DNA of 64,000 nucleotides from Terriglobales bacterium (GTDB lineage Bacteria; Acidobacteriota; Terriglobia; Bryobacterales; Bryobacteraceae): assembly GCA_027485675.1 (NCBI GenBank), contig JAIXQP010000047.1, positions 24,659-88,658 on the forward strand, written 5' to 3'. The translations under genes were made by a program, and so were the position numbers. The notes beneath the pieces are model-generated. The model did no database searches and was not told where the DNA came from. It was given only the letters and a program-made list of their open reading frames with translations. Below are positions 31,476-40,734 of this stretch, one piece after another (the first letter of the stretch is position 1; every line of letters begins with the position of its first letter).

Positions 31476-33032
31476 ATGAAGCTCCCTGCTCTCCTCCTCT
31501 TTTCGAGCGCTCTGTTCGCGCAAGCCCCCAATCTTGAGCAATTGAAGAAAGAAGCCATTGCTGGTGTCGAAGCCCGGCAGAAGATGGTGCAGGAGATCGT
31601 CGACTCGGTCTTCAGCTTTGGCGAACTCGGTTTCCAGGAGGTCGAGACGTCGAAGTACCTGACGGGCATTCTCGAAAAGAACGGCTTCACGGTGCAGCGC
31701 GGCGTCGCCGGCATGCCGACGGCATGGATTGCAACCTACGGGCAAGGGAAGCCGGTGGTTGGTTTCATCACGGATCTCGACGGCATTCCGCGGGCCTCGC
31801 AGAAGCCGGGCGTGGCCTATCACGATCCGCTGATCGAAGGCGCGCCGGGGCATGGCGAAGGGCACAACACGGGCAACGCCGTGAACGTGGTGGCCGCGAT
31901 CGTGCTGAAGGAGCTCATGATCAAATACAAGATCAAGGGCACGCTGAAGATCTATCCTGGCGTGGCCGAAGAGTTGGTGGCCACCAAGGCCTACTACATC
32001 CGCGCCGGACTGATGAAGGATTTGGACATCATGCTGGGCTGCCACGTGGGGCACGAACTCGCCACCGACTACGGGCACGCGCATAACAACAGCGGCCTGG
32101 TCTCGATTCAGTTCACCTTCAAGGGCGAATCGGCCCACGCCGCGGGCGCGCCGTGGCGGGGGCGGAGCGCGCTCGACGCCGTGGAACTGATGAACACGAT
32201 GTGGAACTACAAGCGGGAGCACCTGCGGCCCGAGCAGCGCTCCCACTACGTGATCACCAACGGCGGCGACCAGCCGAACGTCGTGCCGCAGGAGGCCACC
32301 GTCTGGTACTACTTCCGCGAGGAGGATTATCCGCGCATCAAGGAGATGCAGGAGTTCGGCGCCACCATGGCCAAGGCGGCTGCCATGGCCACGAGCACGA
32401 CGGTGTCACAGCGCGTAGTGGGCCAAGCCTGGCCGACGCACTTCAGCAAGCCCGTGGCCGAGACGCAGTACAAGAACATCGTGATGGTCGGAATGCCCCA
32501 GTGGAGCGAGGCGGACCAGACGCTGGCCCGCGAGTTGCAGCGGGAGATCCGCGCCCCGAAGGTGGAACCGCTCAAGGACAAAGTGCAGGAGTTGAAGGCG
32601 CCCGAGCCGTGGAAGGGCGGCGGCACGGACGACGTGGGCGACATCTCGTGGGTGGTGCCGATGACCTACCTGCGCTACCCGGCCAACATCCCAAACCTGC
32701 CCGGCCACCATTGGGCCAACGCCATCGCCGAAGCGACGCCGATCGCCCACAAAGGCTCCGCCACCGGCGCCAAGGTGCAGGCCACCACGGCCCTTGATTA
32801 CCTGCTGCGCCCGGAGCTGATCGCCGAAGCCTGGAAGTACTTCAACGAGGTGCAGACGAAGGACCTGAAGTATCAACCGTTGATGGCGGAGACGGACCAG
32901 CCGGCCGTGGAGTTGAACCTCGAGAAGATGAGCAAGTACCGGGAGCAGATGCGCAAGTTCTACTACGACCCGGCGAAGTACGGCACGTATCTCGAACAGT
33001 TGGGCATCACCTATCCGACGCTGAAGAAGTAG
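31476..33032 (+). CDS. Secreted M20-family amidohydrolase, AbgB-like
   Basis: 518 aa. Sec-type leader MKLPALLLFSSALFAQAP. Strong resemblance to E. coli AbgB (GQGKPVVGF, GHGEGHN, FKGESAHAAGAPWRGRSALDA, TDDVGDISW, IAHKG). Confidence 0.8.
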   Translation: MKLPALLLFSSALFAQAPNLEQLKKEAIAGVEARQKMVQEIVDSVFSFGELGFQEVETSKYLTGILEKNGFTVQRGVAGMPTAWIATYGQGKPVVGFITDLDGIPRASQKPGVAYHDPLIEGAPGHGEGHNTGNAVNVVAAIVLKELMIKYKIKGTLKIYPGVAEELVATKAYYIRAGLMKDLDIMLGCHVGHELATDYGHAHNNSGLVSIQFTFKGESAHAAGAPWRGRSALDAVELMNTMWNYKREHLRPEQRSHYVITNGGDQPNVVPQEATVWYYFREEDYPRIKEMQEFGATMAKAAAMATSTTVSQRVVGQAWPTHFSKPVAETQYKNIVMVGMPQWSEADQTLARELQREIRAPKVEPLKDKVQELKAPEPWKGGGTDDVGDISWVVPMTYLRYPANIPNLPGHHWANAIAEATPIAHKGSATGAKVQATTALDYLLRPELIAEAWKYFNEVQTKDLKYQPLMAETDQPAVELNLEKMSKYREQMRKFYYDPAKYGTYLEQLGITYPTLKK

Positions 33033-35501
33033 CTAGTCGGCGCGGATTGAGGTCATGGGATCGATGGCCGTGGCGCGGCGGGCCGGCAGGTACGCGGCCA
33101 CGGCGGCGGCAGCGAGCAGCAGCCCGGCGACGGCGGCGTAGGTGACCGGGTCGGCCGGGCTGACTCCAAACAGCAGACTGCCGAGCAGGCGGCTGGTGGG
33201 CACGGCGGCGGCGACCCCGCAGAGCACGCCGATGCCGGTGAGCGTGAGGCCGTAGCGGAGGAAGAGACCAAGGACGCTGGCACGCGGGGCGCCGAGCGCG
33301 AGGCGAATGCCGACTTCGCGGGTGCGCTGGGTGACGGCGTAAGAAAGTACTCCGTAGATGCCAATGAGCCCCAAAAACAGCGCCATGCCGGCGCCGATGG
33401 TGAGCATGGTCAGTGTGAACGAAGTGCGCGCGAGAGAACGCTGATAGATCGCCTGCATGGTGCGCGGGCTGGCGAGCGGGAGATCCGGATTGACGGCCTG
33501 CACCTGCTGCCGGATCTCGTTGAGTAGGGCGGCGGTGCCGGCGCGCGGGGTACGCAGAACGAAGGTGAGGCTGGTGCGCACATCGAAGGCTTCGCCCCAG
33601 AGTTCCTTCACGGCCAGCGGCAGGTAGAGGATGCTGGCGGCCGGGCGGTCGGCGCCGTTGTCCCGTTCGTCGCCGGCGACGCCGACCACTTCGCGCCAGA
33701 TGCCTTTGGGGTTTTCGCGAACGCGCTGACCGACCGCGGCGGCGGCCGAGCCCCAGAGCTCGACGGCCAGATTCTCTGAGACCTGCACGACGGGCCGGGC
33801 GTTGTGGATATCGTCCCAGGTGAGGTCGCGGCCGGCCTTGAGTGGGTTGCCCATGGTGGAGAAGTAGTTGGGGCCGACGAACTTGTAACGGCGCATCGGA
33901 GGAATCTCGCCATCCCGGTAGGACTTCGATTCGGCGAAGACGGGGTCGTTGCTTTGGTTGCCGTCCATCGGGACGGAGTTGGCGAGGCCGACCGATTGCA
34001 CACCGGGGATGGCGGAGAAGCGGTTGACGATCTCCTGTTGGAGGCGGGGAATCTGCGCGGGCTCTTTGACGAAGGCGCCGGGGATGGAGATGCGGACGGT
34101 CATGATCTGGCCGGGCTGGGCGAAGCCGGGGTCGACGCGGTAGAGCGCTTGCATGGTGCGGATCATGAGTCCGGCGCCGATGAGCAGCACGAGGGCGAGA
34201 GCGACCTGGAGGATGACCAGAGCGCCGCGGGCCCGGTGGCGCTCGCGGCCTTCGCTCATGGTGCGGCCGCCGGAGTGCAGGCCGTGTTCGAGGCGCGGCC
34301 CGGCGCATTTGAGAACCGGGATCAGCCCAAGCAGCAAGCCGGCGGCGAGCGAGAGAATGGCCGTGAAGAGCAGCACCGCGGGGTCGAGCGTGATCTCGTG
34401 CAGGCGCGGGAGAGAGGCCGGCGCGAGGTAGTGGAGGAGGGCAAGGCAACCAGCCGCTACCCCCACGCCGCCCGCGCCGCCGGTGAGGCCGAGGACGGCG
34501 CTTTCGAGGAGCAGCTCGCGCGCAATCTGCCCGCGGCTCGCGCCGAGGGCGGTGCGCACGGCGATCTCCCGCTGGCGGCCTTCGACGCGAACCAGCAGGA
34601 GGTTGGCGACGTTGGCGCAAGCGATGAAGAGGACGATGCCGATGGTGGCCATCAGCACCCAGAGCACTTTGGCGATGTCGCCGATCACCTCCTCCTGGAG
34701 CGGACGGAGGTTCGGCCCCATGCGGGCTTCTTCGATCATTTTGCGGCTCATGCCCGGGGCCATGCGGTACCGCTCCGGCAGCAGCTTGAGCATCCGGGCT
34801 ACGTCGGTGCTGGCCTGTTCGATGGTGACGCCGGGCTTGAGCTTGGCGAGGGTCGGGAAGCCGAACTGGCCGACGAAGGCGTCCTTGGGGTTGAAGCGGA
34901 AGAGGGTGAGCAGGGCGGGCTGCGCGTTAGGGAAGCGGAAGGAGGCGGGCAGGACGCCGATGACCTGGTGGGCCGTGCCGTCGATGCGAACGCTTTGGCC
35001 GACGATGTTGGGGTTGCCGCCGAACTTGCGTTGCCAGAGGCCGTGGGTGAGCATGACGGTGGGCGCTTGGTTGGGCTGATCGTCTTGCGCGGTGAAGCGG
35101 CGGCCGAGGAGGGGTTCGATGCCGAGCGCGGGCAGGATGGCATCGGTGACGGTGAGGGATTCGAGGCGCTCGGGTTCGGCGAGTCCGGTGAGGTTAACGG
35201 CCTCCTCGCGGTAGAGGCCGATGTGTTCGAAGGACTGGCCTATTTCGCGGTAAGTGAAGTAGGTGGAAGGAGAACCGGGAAGCTCTTGAATGCCGATGCC
35301 GGGAGCCGCGTGCCAGACCGCGACGAGGCGATCCGGGTCGGCGTAGGGCAGCGGTTTCAATAAGACTCCATTCACTACGCTGAATATCGCCGTGTTCGCG
35401 CCGATGCCCACCGCCAACGTCAAAAGCGTGATGGCCGTGAACAGGGGCGCTCGCGACAGGCGTCGCACAATCCAGCGGGCTTCGCGGATGAACCAGTCCA
35501 T
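33033..35501 (-). CDS. ADOP-type duplicated MacB/FtsX-like ABC permease (no adjacent ATPase)
   Basis: 822 aa. Typical opening RRLSRAPLFTAITLLTLAVGIGANTAIFSVVNGVLLKPLPYADPDRLV. Two MacB-periplasmic plus FtsX halves. Confidence 0.85.
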   Translation of the reverse strand: MDWFIREARWIVRRLSRAPLFTAITLLTLAVGIGANTAIFSVVNGVLLKPLPYADPDRLVAVWHAAPGIGIQELPGSPSTYFTYREIGQSFEHIGLYREEAVNLTGLAEPERLESLTVTDAILPALGIEPLLGRRFTAQDDQPNQAPTVMLTHGLWQRKFGGNPNIVGQSVRIDGTAHQVIGVLPASFRFPNAQPALLTLFRFNPKDAFVGQFGFPTLAKLKPGVTIEQASTDVARMLKLLPERYRMAPGMSRKMIEEARMGPNLRPLQEEVIGDIAKVLWVLMATIGIVLFIACANVANLLLVRVEGRQREIAVRTALGASRGQIARELLLESAVLGLTGGAGGVGVAAGCLALLHYLAPASLPRLHEITLDPAVLLFTAILSLAAGLLLGLIPVLKCAGPRLEHGLHSGGRTMSEGRERHRARGALVILQVALALVLLIGAGLMIRTMQALYRVDPGFAQPGQIMTVRISIPGAFVKEPAQIPRLQQEIVNRFSAIPGVQSVGLANSVPMDGNQSNDPVFAESKSYRDGEIPPMRRYKFVGPNYFSTMGNPLKAGRDLTWDDIHNARPVVQVSENLAVELWGSAAAAVGQRVRENPKGIWREVVGVAGDERDNGADRPAASILYLPLAVKELWGEAFDVRTSLTFVLRTPRAGTAALLNEIRQQVQAVNPDLPLASPRTMQAIYQRSLARTSFTLTMLTIGAGMALFLGLIGIYGVLSYAVTQRTREVGIRLALGAPRASVLGLFLRYGLTLTGIGVLCGVAAAVPTSRLLGSLLFGVSPADPVTYAAVAGLLLAAAAVAAYLPARRATAIDPMTSIRAD

Positions 35502-35534
35502 GTCCGTTATACGAACAGAGAGAAAGAAAGTTCC

Positions 35535-36377
35535 TCAAGAATCTGCGGTCAGCCGGATCGCTGCTTCCATGTGGGCGTAAGAGCCGCCGGTGTAGAGGCC
35601 GGCAATCGGGGCGGCCAGTTCGGGATGGAACGCCGCGGCCACGGCGACATGGGAGTTGGTGACGGCCAGGCCACGGGAGGGATCGTAGCCGCGCCAGCCG
35701 GCCGAGGGGAGATACACCTCGGCCCAGGCGTGCATGTAGGACTGCGTCTGGCCGGCGGAGGCGTACTCGTAGCCGCTCACGAAGCGGGCGGCGATGCCCA
35801 TCACGCGGCAAGCATCGCAGAACAGCACCGCTAGATCGCGGCAGGAGCCTTCCCGCGCGCGAAGCGTGTAGTCCGACGTCCAGGCCGCGCCGTCGATGCG
35901 GGTGATGGGCCGGAAGGCTTGGAAGATCTCGTTCGTTAACGTGGAGAGAAAAACCAGCGTGTCCCCGTTGGCCCGGGCGGCGACCGACTGGGCGAACTGG
36001 CGAACCGCGGGAGTCACGTTGGCATCGAGCCGGTAGCTGAACAGAGCCGTGCTGAGGGGTTCGCGATACCACAGCGGCAGGTGGAGCGAGTCGTTCACCA
36101 GGTGGTAGTCATAGGGGTTCTCGCGCAGATTTTCTACCGTGAACCGGCTGCGGATTTGCAGTGAGGAGGTGAGGTTCTGGAACCAGGCATACTGAGCCAG
36201 ATTGCCGTCCTGGTCCAGGCTTTCCGTCGCGCCCGCGGGCGGGGGCGTAATCTCCAGTTCGTAGGCGAGCAGACGCTGGTTGGCGCTCATGCGGGGCTGG
36301 AGGCGAAGGGTGTGCGGCTCGAGTTGAACGGGGAACTGATACCGGTACGTGGTGGAATGGTCGACGGTGATTCGCAT
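35535..36377 (-). CDS. Transglutaminase-core family protein (bacterial TGase N-domain plus core)
   Basis: 280 aa. Cys-His-Asp triad context GSCRDLAVLFCDACR, MHAWAEVYLP, GWRGYDPS. Confidence 0.85.
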   Translation of the reverse strand: MRITVDHSTTYRYQFPVQLEPHTLRLQPRMSANQRLLAYELEITPPPAGATESLDQDGNLAQYAWFQNLTSSLQIRSRFTVENLRENPYDYHLVNDSLHLPLWYREPLSTALFSYRLDANVTPAVRQFAQSVAARANGDTLVFLSTLTNEIFQAFRPITRIDGAAWTSDYTLRAREGSCRDLAVLFCDACRVMGIAARFVSGYEYASAGQTQSYMHAWAEVYLPSAGWRGYDPSRGLAVTNSHVAVAAAFHPELAAPIAGLYTGGSYAHMEAAIRLTADS

Positions 36378-36380
36378 GAG

Positions 36381-37028
36381 TTACTCGCTGGGGGCCAAGC
36401 CGTGCTTGATGGCGTGTTGGATGAGTTCCGCGGTGGTCTTCAGACCAAGCGAATCCATCATCTTGTACTTATGCGTTTTCACCGTGCGGGCGGAGATGTC
36501 GAGGATGGCGCCGATCTCCTTGGCCGACTTGCCGGCGGCGAGGAGTTGGAGAACGTCACGTTGGCGGTCCGTCAGCTCGATCGTCGAGCGAACGTGGCGG
36601 CGATGCGGATCGAGCAGCTCGGTGACCGAGTCGGAGCGGAGCCGCGGAGAGATGTAGGTCTCCCCGCGCAGAACCGCTTCGATGGCGGTGACGAGTTCGT
36701 CCGAGGCCGAATGCTTCAGGACGTAGGCCGAGGCGCCGGCGTCGAGGGCGCGGGTCAGGTAGGTGAGGTCGGGGTGCATCGTGAGAAAGACAACCTTGGC
36801 CGTCAGGCCTTCGGCGCGGAGCTTGCGGATGGCGTCGATGCCGTTGAGGTGCGGCATTGATATATCCGCCACGATGACATCGGGCTGCTGCCGCCGGGCC
36901 TCTTCGACCAGGGCGAGGCCGTCGGTCACCGTCGCGCAGAGGTCGTAATGGGCGGTCAGCAGGCCGCGGAGGCCATCGAGCACAATCTGATGGTCGTCGG
37001 CGAGGAGGACGCGGGGTTTAGGCTGCAT
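36381..37028 (-). CDS. NarL/FixJ (LuxR-type) response regulator
   Basis: MQPKPRVLLADDHQIVLDGL receiver domain. C-terminal LTDRQRDVLQLLAAGKSAKEIGAILDISARTVKTHK helix-turn-helix. Alternative ATG at 37043. Overlaps the kinase stop. Confidence 0.88.
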   Translation of the reverse strand: MQPKPRVLLADDHQIVLDGLRGLLTAHYDLCATVTDGLALVEEARRQQPDVIVADISMPHLNGIDAIRKLRAEGLTAKVVFLTMHPDLTYLTRALDAGASAYVLKHSASDELVTAIEAVLRGETYISPRLRSDSVTELLDPHRRHVRSTIELTDRQRDVLQLLAAGKSAKEIGAILDISARTVKTHKYKMMDSLGLKTTAELIQHAIKHGLAPSE

Positions 37029-38811
37029 ACGGGAGCTCGACATCTACGATGGTGCCACCTCTGGGCCGGGAGGTGATGGTGACGGCGCCGCCGGCGAAGC
37101 GGGCCCGCTCCTCCATGCTGGAGAGGCCAACGCCGGCGCGGTAGCCGGGGGCGGATTTGTCGAAGCCCTTGCCGTTGTCGGTAATGGTGAGATGGGCGCC
37201 GGTGAGCGAAAGGCTCACCTCCGTGGCTTCGGCATGTTTGAGGATGTTGCGGAGCGCTTCCTGGGCGATGCGGTACAGCACGAGTTGCAGGTTCCGGGGC
37301 AGTTCCGCGGGCGCGAGGGTCAGGTCGACGGGCGGGCCGCCGCGTTCGAAGAACAGGCGGCACTCGGCTTCGAGAGCGGCAGGCAGACCGAGGTCATCGA
37401 GCACCGCGGGATGGAGCTGGCGGGAGAGGCTGTGGATGTCGTGCGAGATGCTGGCGATCTGTTCCTTGATGCTTTGGTCGCCGAGGTTGGCGGCGGCGAT
37501 GGCGACGGCGGCCAGGCGCTGCGAGAGATCGTCGTGGAGTTCGCGGGCGATGCGGCTGCGCTCGTCTTCTTGCGCGCTCATCAGGCGGCCGGCCAAAAGC
37601 TCCAGCTCTGACTTCGAGACCGTTGTCTTTTCGAGGTCCTCCGCCATGCGATTGAAAGCGGCGGCCAGTTGGCCGATCTCATCGCGGGAGGAGACCGGCA
37701 GGCGCGTGCCGAACTGGCGCCGGCCCAGGCGGCGGACGCCTTCGGCGAGGGCGAGCAGCGGCTCCGTGACCGAGCGGGCGAGAAGCGCGGCGACAAACAG
37801 CAGGACCACGCCAATCACGGCGCCAAGGCCGATGGTGCGCGTGCGGAGAGCGCCGATCGCGGCGTGCGCCTCGGCCTCGTCGATCTCAGCCATCAGGGAC
37901 CAGTCGAGCCCGGGAACGTTGATGCGGGAGTGGGAGCGCAGAACCCGCACTTGGCGGTGATCAATCCCGATCTCGGTGCCGGGAGCGGCGTGGTGGAGGC
38001 GGGCGACCTCCGGCGAGACCCGGGTGCTGAGGATGCCGGCGCCGGGGTAGCGGGGATGGCGGAGGTCGCTGCGCAAAAGCCCATCCGGGCCGACGAGATA
38101 GGACTCGCCGGTTTCCCCCAGGCCGGCTTCGCGCCACTGGCCGCCGGAGGTCATCACGCGATTCACCTCAGTGCTCGACAGTTGAATCGCCAGGACGCCA
38201 ATCTTATGCCCGGCGCGGAAGACAGGCGCGGCGAGAAAGGCTGCGGGTGCGTTGTTCGAAGGGGGATAAGGGCGGTAGTCCTGCAGGATGAACTGCTCGG
38301 GCTCGTTCAGGTTCCACGCCGCGCGATGGGCGGTGCCAAGAGGGGAGTCCGCACTGGGGCGGCTGGCGAAATCGGACTCCTTGGCCACGGTGTACAGGAC
38401 GTCTCCCTCCGGGCTCAGCAGAAAAATATCGTAGAGCCCAAAGGCGGTCTGATAGCGATGAAAGGTGGGGTGGTACCGGGCATGCACGTCGCCGTAAGCG
38501 CCGGGCGCCCGCAGGCGAAGCGGATGGTGAAGAAAGAGCGGCTGCACCGCCGGGGACCAGACCCGCGTGAACTCCTCCATCGCGTCGAGGGTAGACTCGT
38601 CCACCGAAAGGGCGAGGATGTGGTTGCCGAGTTCCTGGAAGTAGCGCTCGATCTGCTGCGCGCGGGTTTGGCGCAGCACCGTAAGGCGCTCATAGGTGGC
38701 GGCGCGGAGCGCCTCCGTCGAACCGCTGAGCGCCTGCCAACTGGTCAGGCCAACGGCGAACAGACCGATGGCGAGAAGAGCGAGTTGGAGCTTGGCGCGA
38801 TAGGAGGTCAT
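37018..38811 (-). CDS. Sensor histidine kinase: Cache-like periplasmic domain, HAMP, HisKA_3, HATPase
   Basis: 597 aa with two TM helices. Periplasmic YDIFLLSPEGDVLYTVAKESDF segment. HAMP segment EIGQLAAAFNRMAEDL. H-box ERSRIARELHDDLSQRLAAV. ATPase domain G-box motif TDNGKGF. Confidence 0.85.
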   Translation of the reverse strand: MTSYRAKLQLALLAIGLFAVGLTSWQALSGSTEALRAATYERLTVLRQTRAQQIERYFQELGNHILALSVDESTLDAMEEFTRVWSPAVQPLFLHHPLRLRAPGAYGDVHARYHPTFHRYQTAFGLYDIFLLSPEGDVLYTVAKESDFASRPSADSPLGTAHRAAWNLNEPEQFILQDYRPYPPSNNAPAAFLAAPVFRAGHKIGVLAIQLSSTEVNRVMTSGGQWREAGLGETGESYLVGPDGLLRSDLRHPRYPGAGILSTRVSPEVARLHHAAPGTEIGIDHRQVRVLRSHSRINVPGLDWSLMAEIDEAEAHAAIGALRTRTIGLGAVIGVVLLFVAALLARSVTEPLLALAEGVRRLGRRQFGTRLPVSSRDEIGQLAAAFNRMAEDLEKTTVSKSELELLAGRLMSAQEDERSRIARELHDDLSQRLAAVAIAAANLGDQSIKEQIASISHDIHSLSRQLHPAVLDDLGLPAALEAECRLFFERGGPPVDLTLAPAELPRNLQLVLYRIAQEALRNILKHAEATEVSLSLTGAHLTITDNGKGFDKSAPGYRAGVGLSSMEERARFAGGAVTITSRPRGGTIVDVELPYAA

Positions 38812-40070
38812 TCTCCGCGGATGAGATCTTCGTACGTTTCGCGGCGGCGGACAACGCGCCAGGTGGCCCCGTCGACGAGCACCTCCGCGGCCCGGGGACG
38901 CGTGTTGTAGTTGCTCGACAGGACGAACCCATAGGCTCCGGCCGTGACGAGCGCCAGGAAGTCACCCGGGAGGCATTGCGCCATCTGCCGGTCGCGAGCG
39001 AAGAAGTCGCCGGATTCACAGACGGGGCCGACGACATCGGCGGTGAACGTGCCGGGAAGGGACTTGCGGAGCGGCACGATGTCGTGATGGGCCTGGTAGA
39101 GCGCCGGGCGGATGAGATCGTTCATCGCGGCGTCGACGATGACGAACTCCTTGGTCTCGGTGGTCTTGCGATAGAGGACGCGGGTCAGGAGAACGCCAGC
39201 GGGGCCGACGATCGAACGGCCGGGTTCGGTCATCAGCGTTAGCCCAAGCCCGGCGCAGCGGGCGCAGACGGCGGCGAGATGGTCCGCCACCACCGGTTCC
39301 ACCTGGCCTTCCCGATACGGCACGCCGAGGCCGCCGCCGATGTCGAGATGCGTGATGGGGATGCCGGCGGCCCGCAAGCGGCCGATCAGGGCGAGGAGCG
39401 CGTCCAGGGCTTCGAGGAGCGGATTCGTATCGAGCAGTTGAGAGCCGATGTGGGCGCTGACGCCTTCAAGGCGCAGGTGCGAAAGCTCCATCGCGCGCTG
39501 ATACACGCCTTCAACCTCGGTGATATCGATCCCAAACTTGTGGTCGCGGAGCCCGGTGGAGATGTAGGGATGCGTGGCGGCATCCACGTGCGGGTTTACC
39601 CGCAGGGCGATGCGCGCGGTCTTGTTGAGCCGCGAGGCGATGGAGCTGATCAGCGACAGTTCGGCTTCGCTCTCGCAATTGAAGGAATGGATGCCCGACT
39701 CGAGGGCGTACTCAATCTCTTCGCGGGTCTTGCCCACTCCCGAGAAGACCACCTTGCCGGGGGCGCCGCCGGCCTGCAGGACGCGGAACAGTTCGCCGCC
39801 CGAGACGATGTCGAACCCGGCGCCGGCTTCGGCGAGAAGCCGGAGCACCGAAAGATTGGAATTGGCCTTTACCGCAAAACAGATCTGATGCGGGAAGCTG
39901 CCGAAGCCGGCCTCATACGCCTGATAGCGGGAGAGGATGGCCTGTTTTGAATACACATAAAGCGGGGTGCCTTCGCGTCGGGCAATTGCCTCAAGGTCGC
40001 AATCTTCGACGAACAGATTCTGGTTGCGGTACGAGAAAGGGGGCAGGAGCATGGGAAGCGTAAATCCCAT
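38808..40070 (-). CDS. lysA: Diaminopimelate decarboxylase
   Basis: From ATG 40070: MGFTLPMLLPPFSYRNQNLFVEDCDLEAIARREGTPLYVYS. PLP-lysine context ICFAVKANSN, and DIGGGLGVPY, CESGD. Alternative ATG at 40052. The track start at 40253 is Pro/Arg-rich and unlikely. Confidence 0.9.
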   Translation of the reverse strand: MGFTLPMLLPPFSYRNQNLFVEDCDLEAIARREGTPLYVYSKQAILSRYQAYEAGFGSFPHQICFAVKANSNLSVLRLLAEAGAGFDIVSGGELFRVLQAGGAPGKVVFSGVGKTREEIEYALESGIHSFNCESEAELSLISSIASRLNKTARIALRVNPHVDAATHPYISTGLRDHKFGIDITEVEGVYQRAMELSHLRLEGVSAHIGSQLLDTNPLLEALDALLALIGRLRAAGIPITHLDIGGGLGVPYREGQVEPVVADHLAAVCARCAGLGLTLMTEPGRSIVGPAGVLLTRVLYRKTTETKEFVIVDAAMNDLIRPALYQAHHDIVPLRKSLPGTFTADVVGPVCESGDFFARDRQMAQCLPGDFLALVTAGAYGFVLSSNYNTRPRAAEVLVDGATWRVVRRRETYEDLIRGE

Positions 40071-40086
40071 GGTAGACCAGGGCGAG

Positions 40087-40734
40087 TTAGCGGCGGACGC
40101 GGGCCGTGGCGGCGCCGGTTCCGGATAGGCGGGCGCCGGCGGGGAGCCGGAGCGGTTCCCGGAGCAGGAGCCAGCGGGGGCTCGGCTGCAGACCCCAGAC
40201 GAGCGGCGTCGCGGCCGTCCACAGCTTGCCGGGCCGGTCGATGCGGAGGGCAAGAACGGTGACCGGGGCAGCGAGCACCTGGCCAGGGCGGAGAGCGATC
40301 AACTCGCCGGCGGGAACCACCGGCGCCGCAGCGGCCGGAGAGAAGCTCCGGGGCTTGAGGAAAATCGGGTCGCCCTCCGGAGCGCCGCCCTCCACCCATT
40401 CGGCGATGCGGACGATCTCTTCCTGAGTCAGCGAGAAGTCGTTCGAGAACTCGCCGAAGCCCTTGGCCGCGGGCCAGGGAGGCATCTGCCGGGTGAGCAC
40501 CGCTTCCTTGATGGCGACCGCCCAGGGCTTGGCGTCCGCGTAGGACTCGAATGCCATGGGGGCGGCGCCGCCTTCCCGGTGGCAGGACTGGCAGCGCTTG
40601 GCGAAGATCCGGGAGATCTCGCGGGTCCAGGTAAGGCTGGTGGAAACCGGGTCGTGGCCAAAAAGAAGGGCGGGCCTCAGCAAGAAAATGCTGAGCCCGC
40701 CCAGGAGGAGGAGGTTCGAGAAAGGGTTAGTCAC
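40087..40734 (-). CDS. Mono-haem cytochrome-c-domain protein (PSCyt-like), short paralog
   Basis: GTG 40734 overlaps the upstream stop (GTGACTAA). TM/leader LLLLGGLSIFLLRPALLF, then FAKRCQSCHREGGAAPMAF...LTRQMPPW, paralogous to the N-terminus of the upstream gene. Confidence 0.65.
   Translation of the reverse strand: MTNPFSNLLLLGGLSIFLLRPALLFGHDPVSTSLTWTREISRIFAKRCQSCHREGGAAPMAFESYADAKPWAVAIKEAVLTRQMPPWPAAKGFGEFSNDFSLTQEEIVRIAEWVEGGAPEGDPIFLKPRSFSPAAAAPVVPAGELIALRPGQVLAAPVTVLALRIDRPGKLWTAATPLVWGLQPSPRWLLLREPLRLPAGARLSGTGAATARVRR

Noticed and set aside
33027-33038. Abutting convergent stop codons (TAGCTA) of the M20 amidohydrolase and the ADOP permease, with zero intergenic nucleotides.
   Set aside because: The observation is real, but such compaction is common in dense genomes. 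No structure or motif was found that would indicate a specific mechanism.
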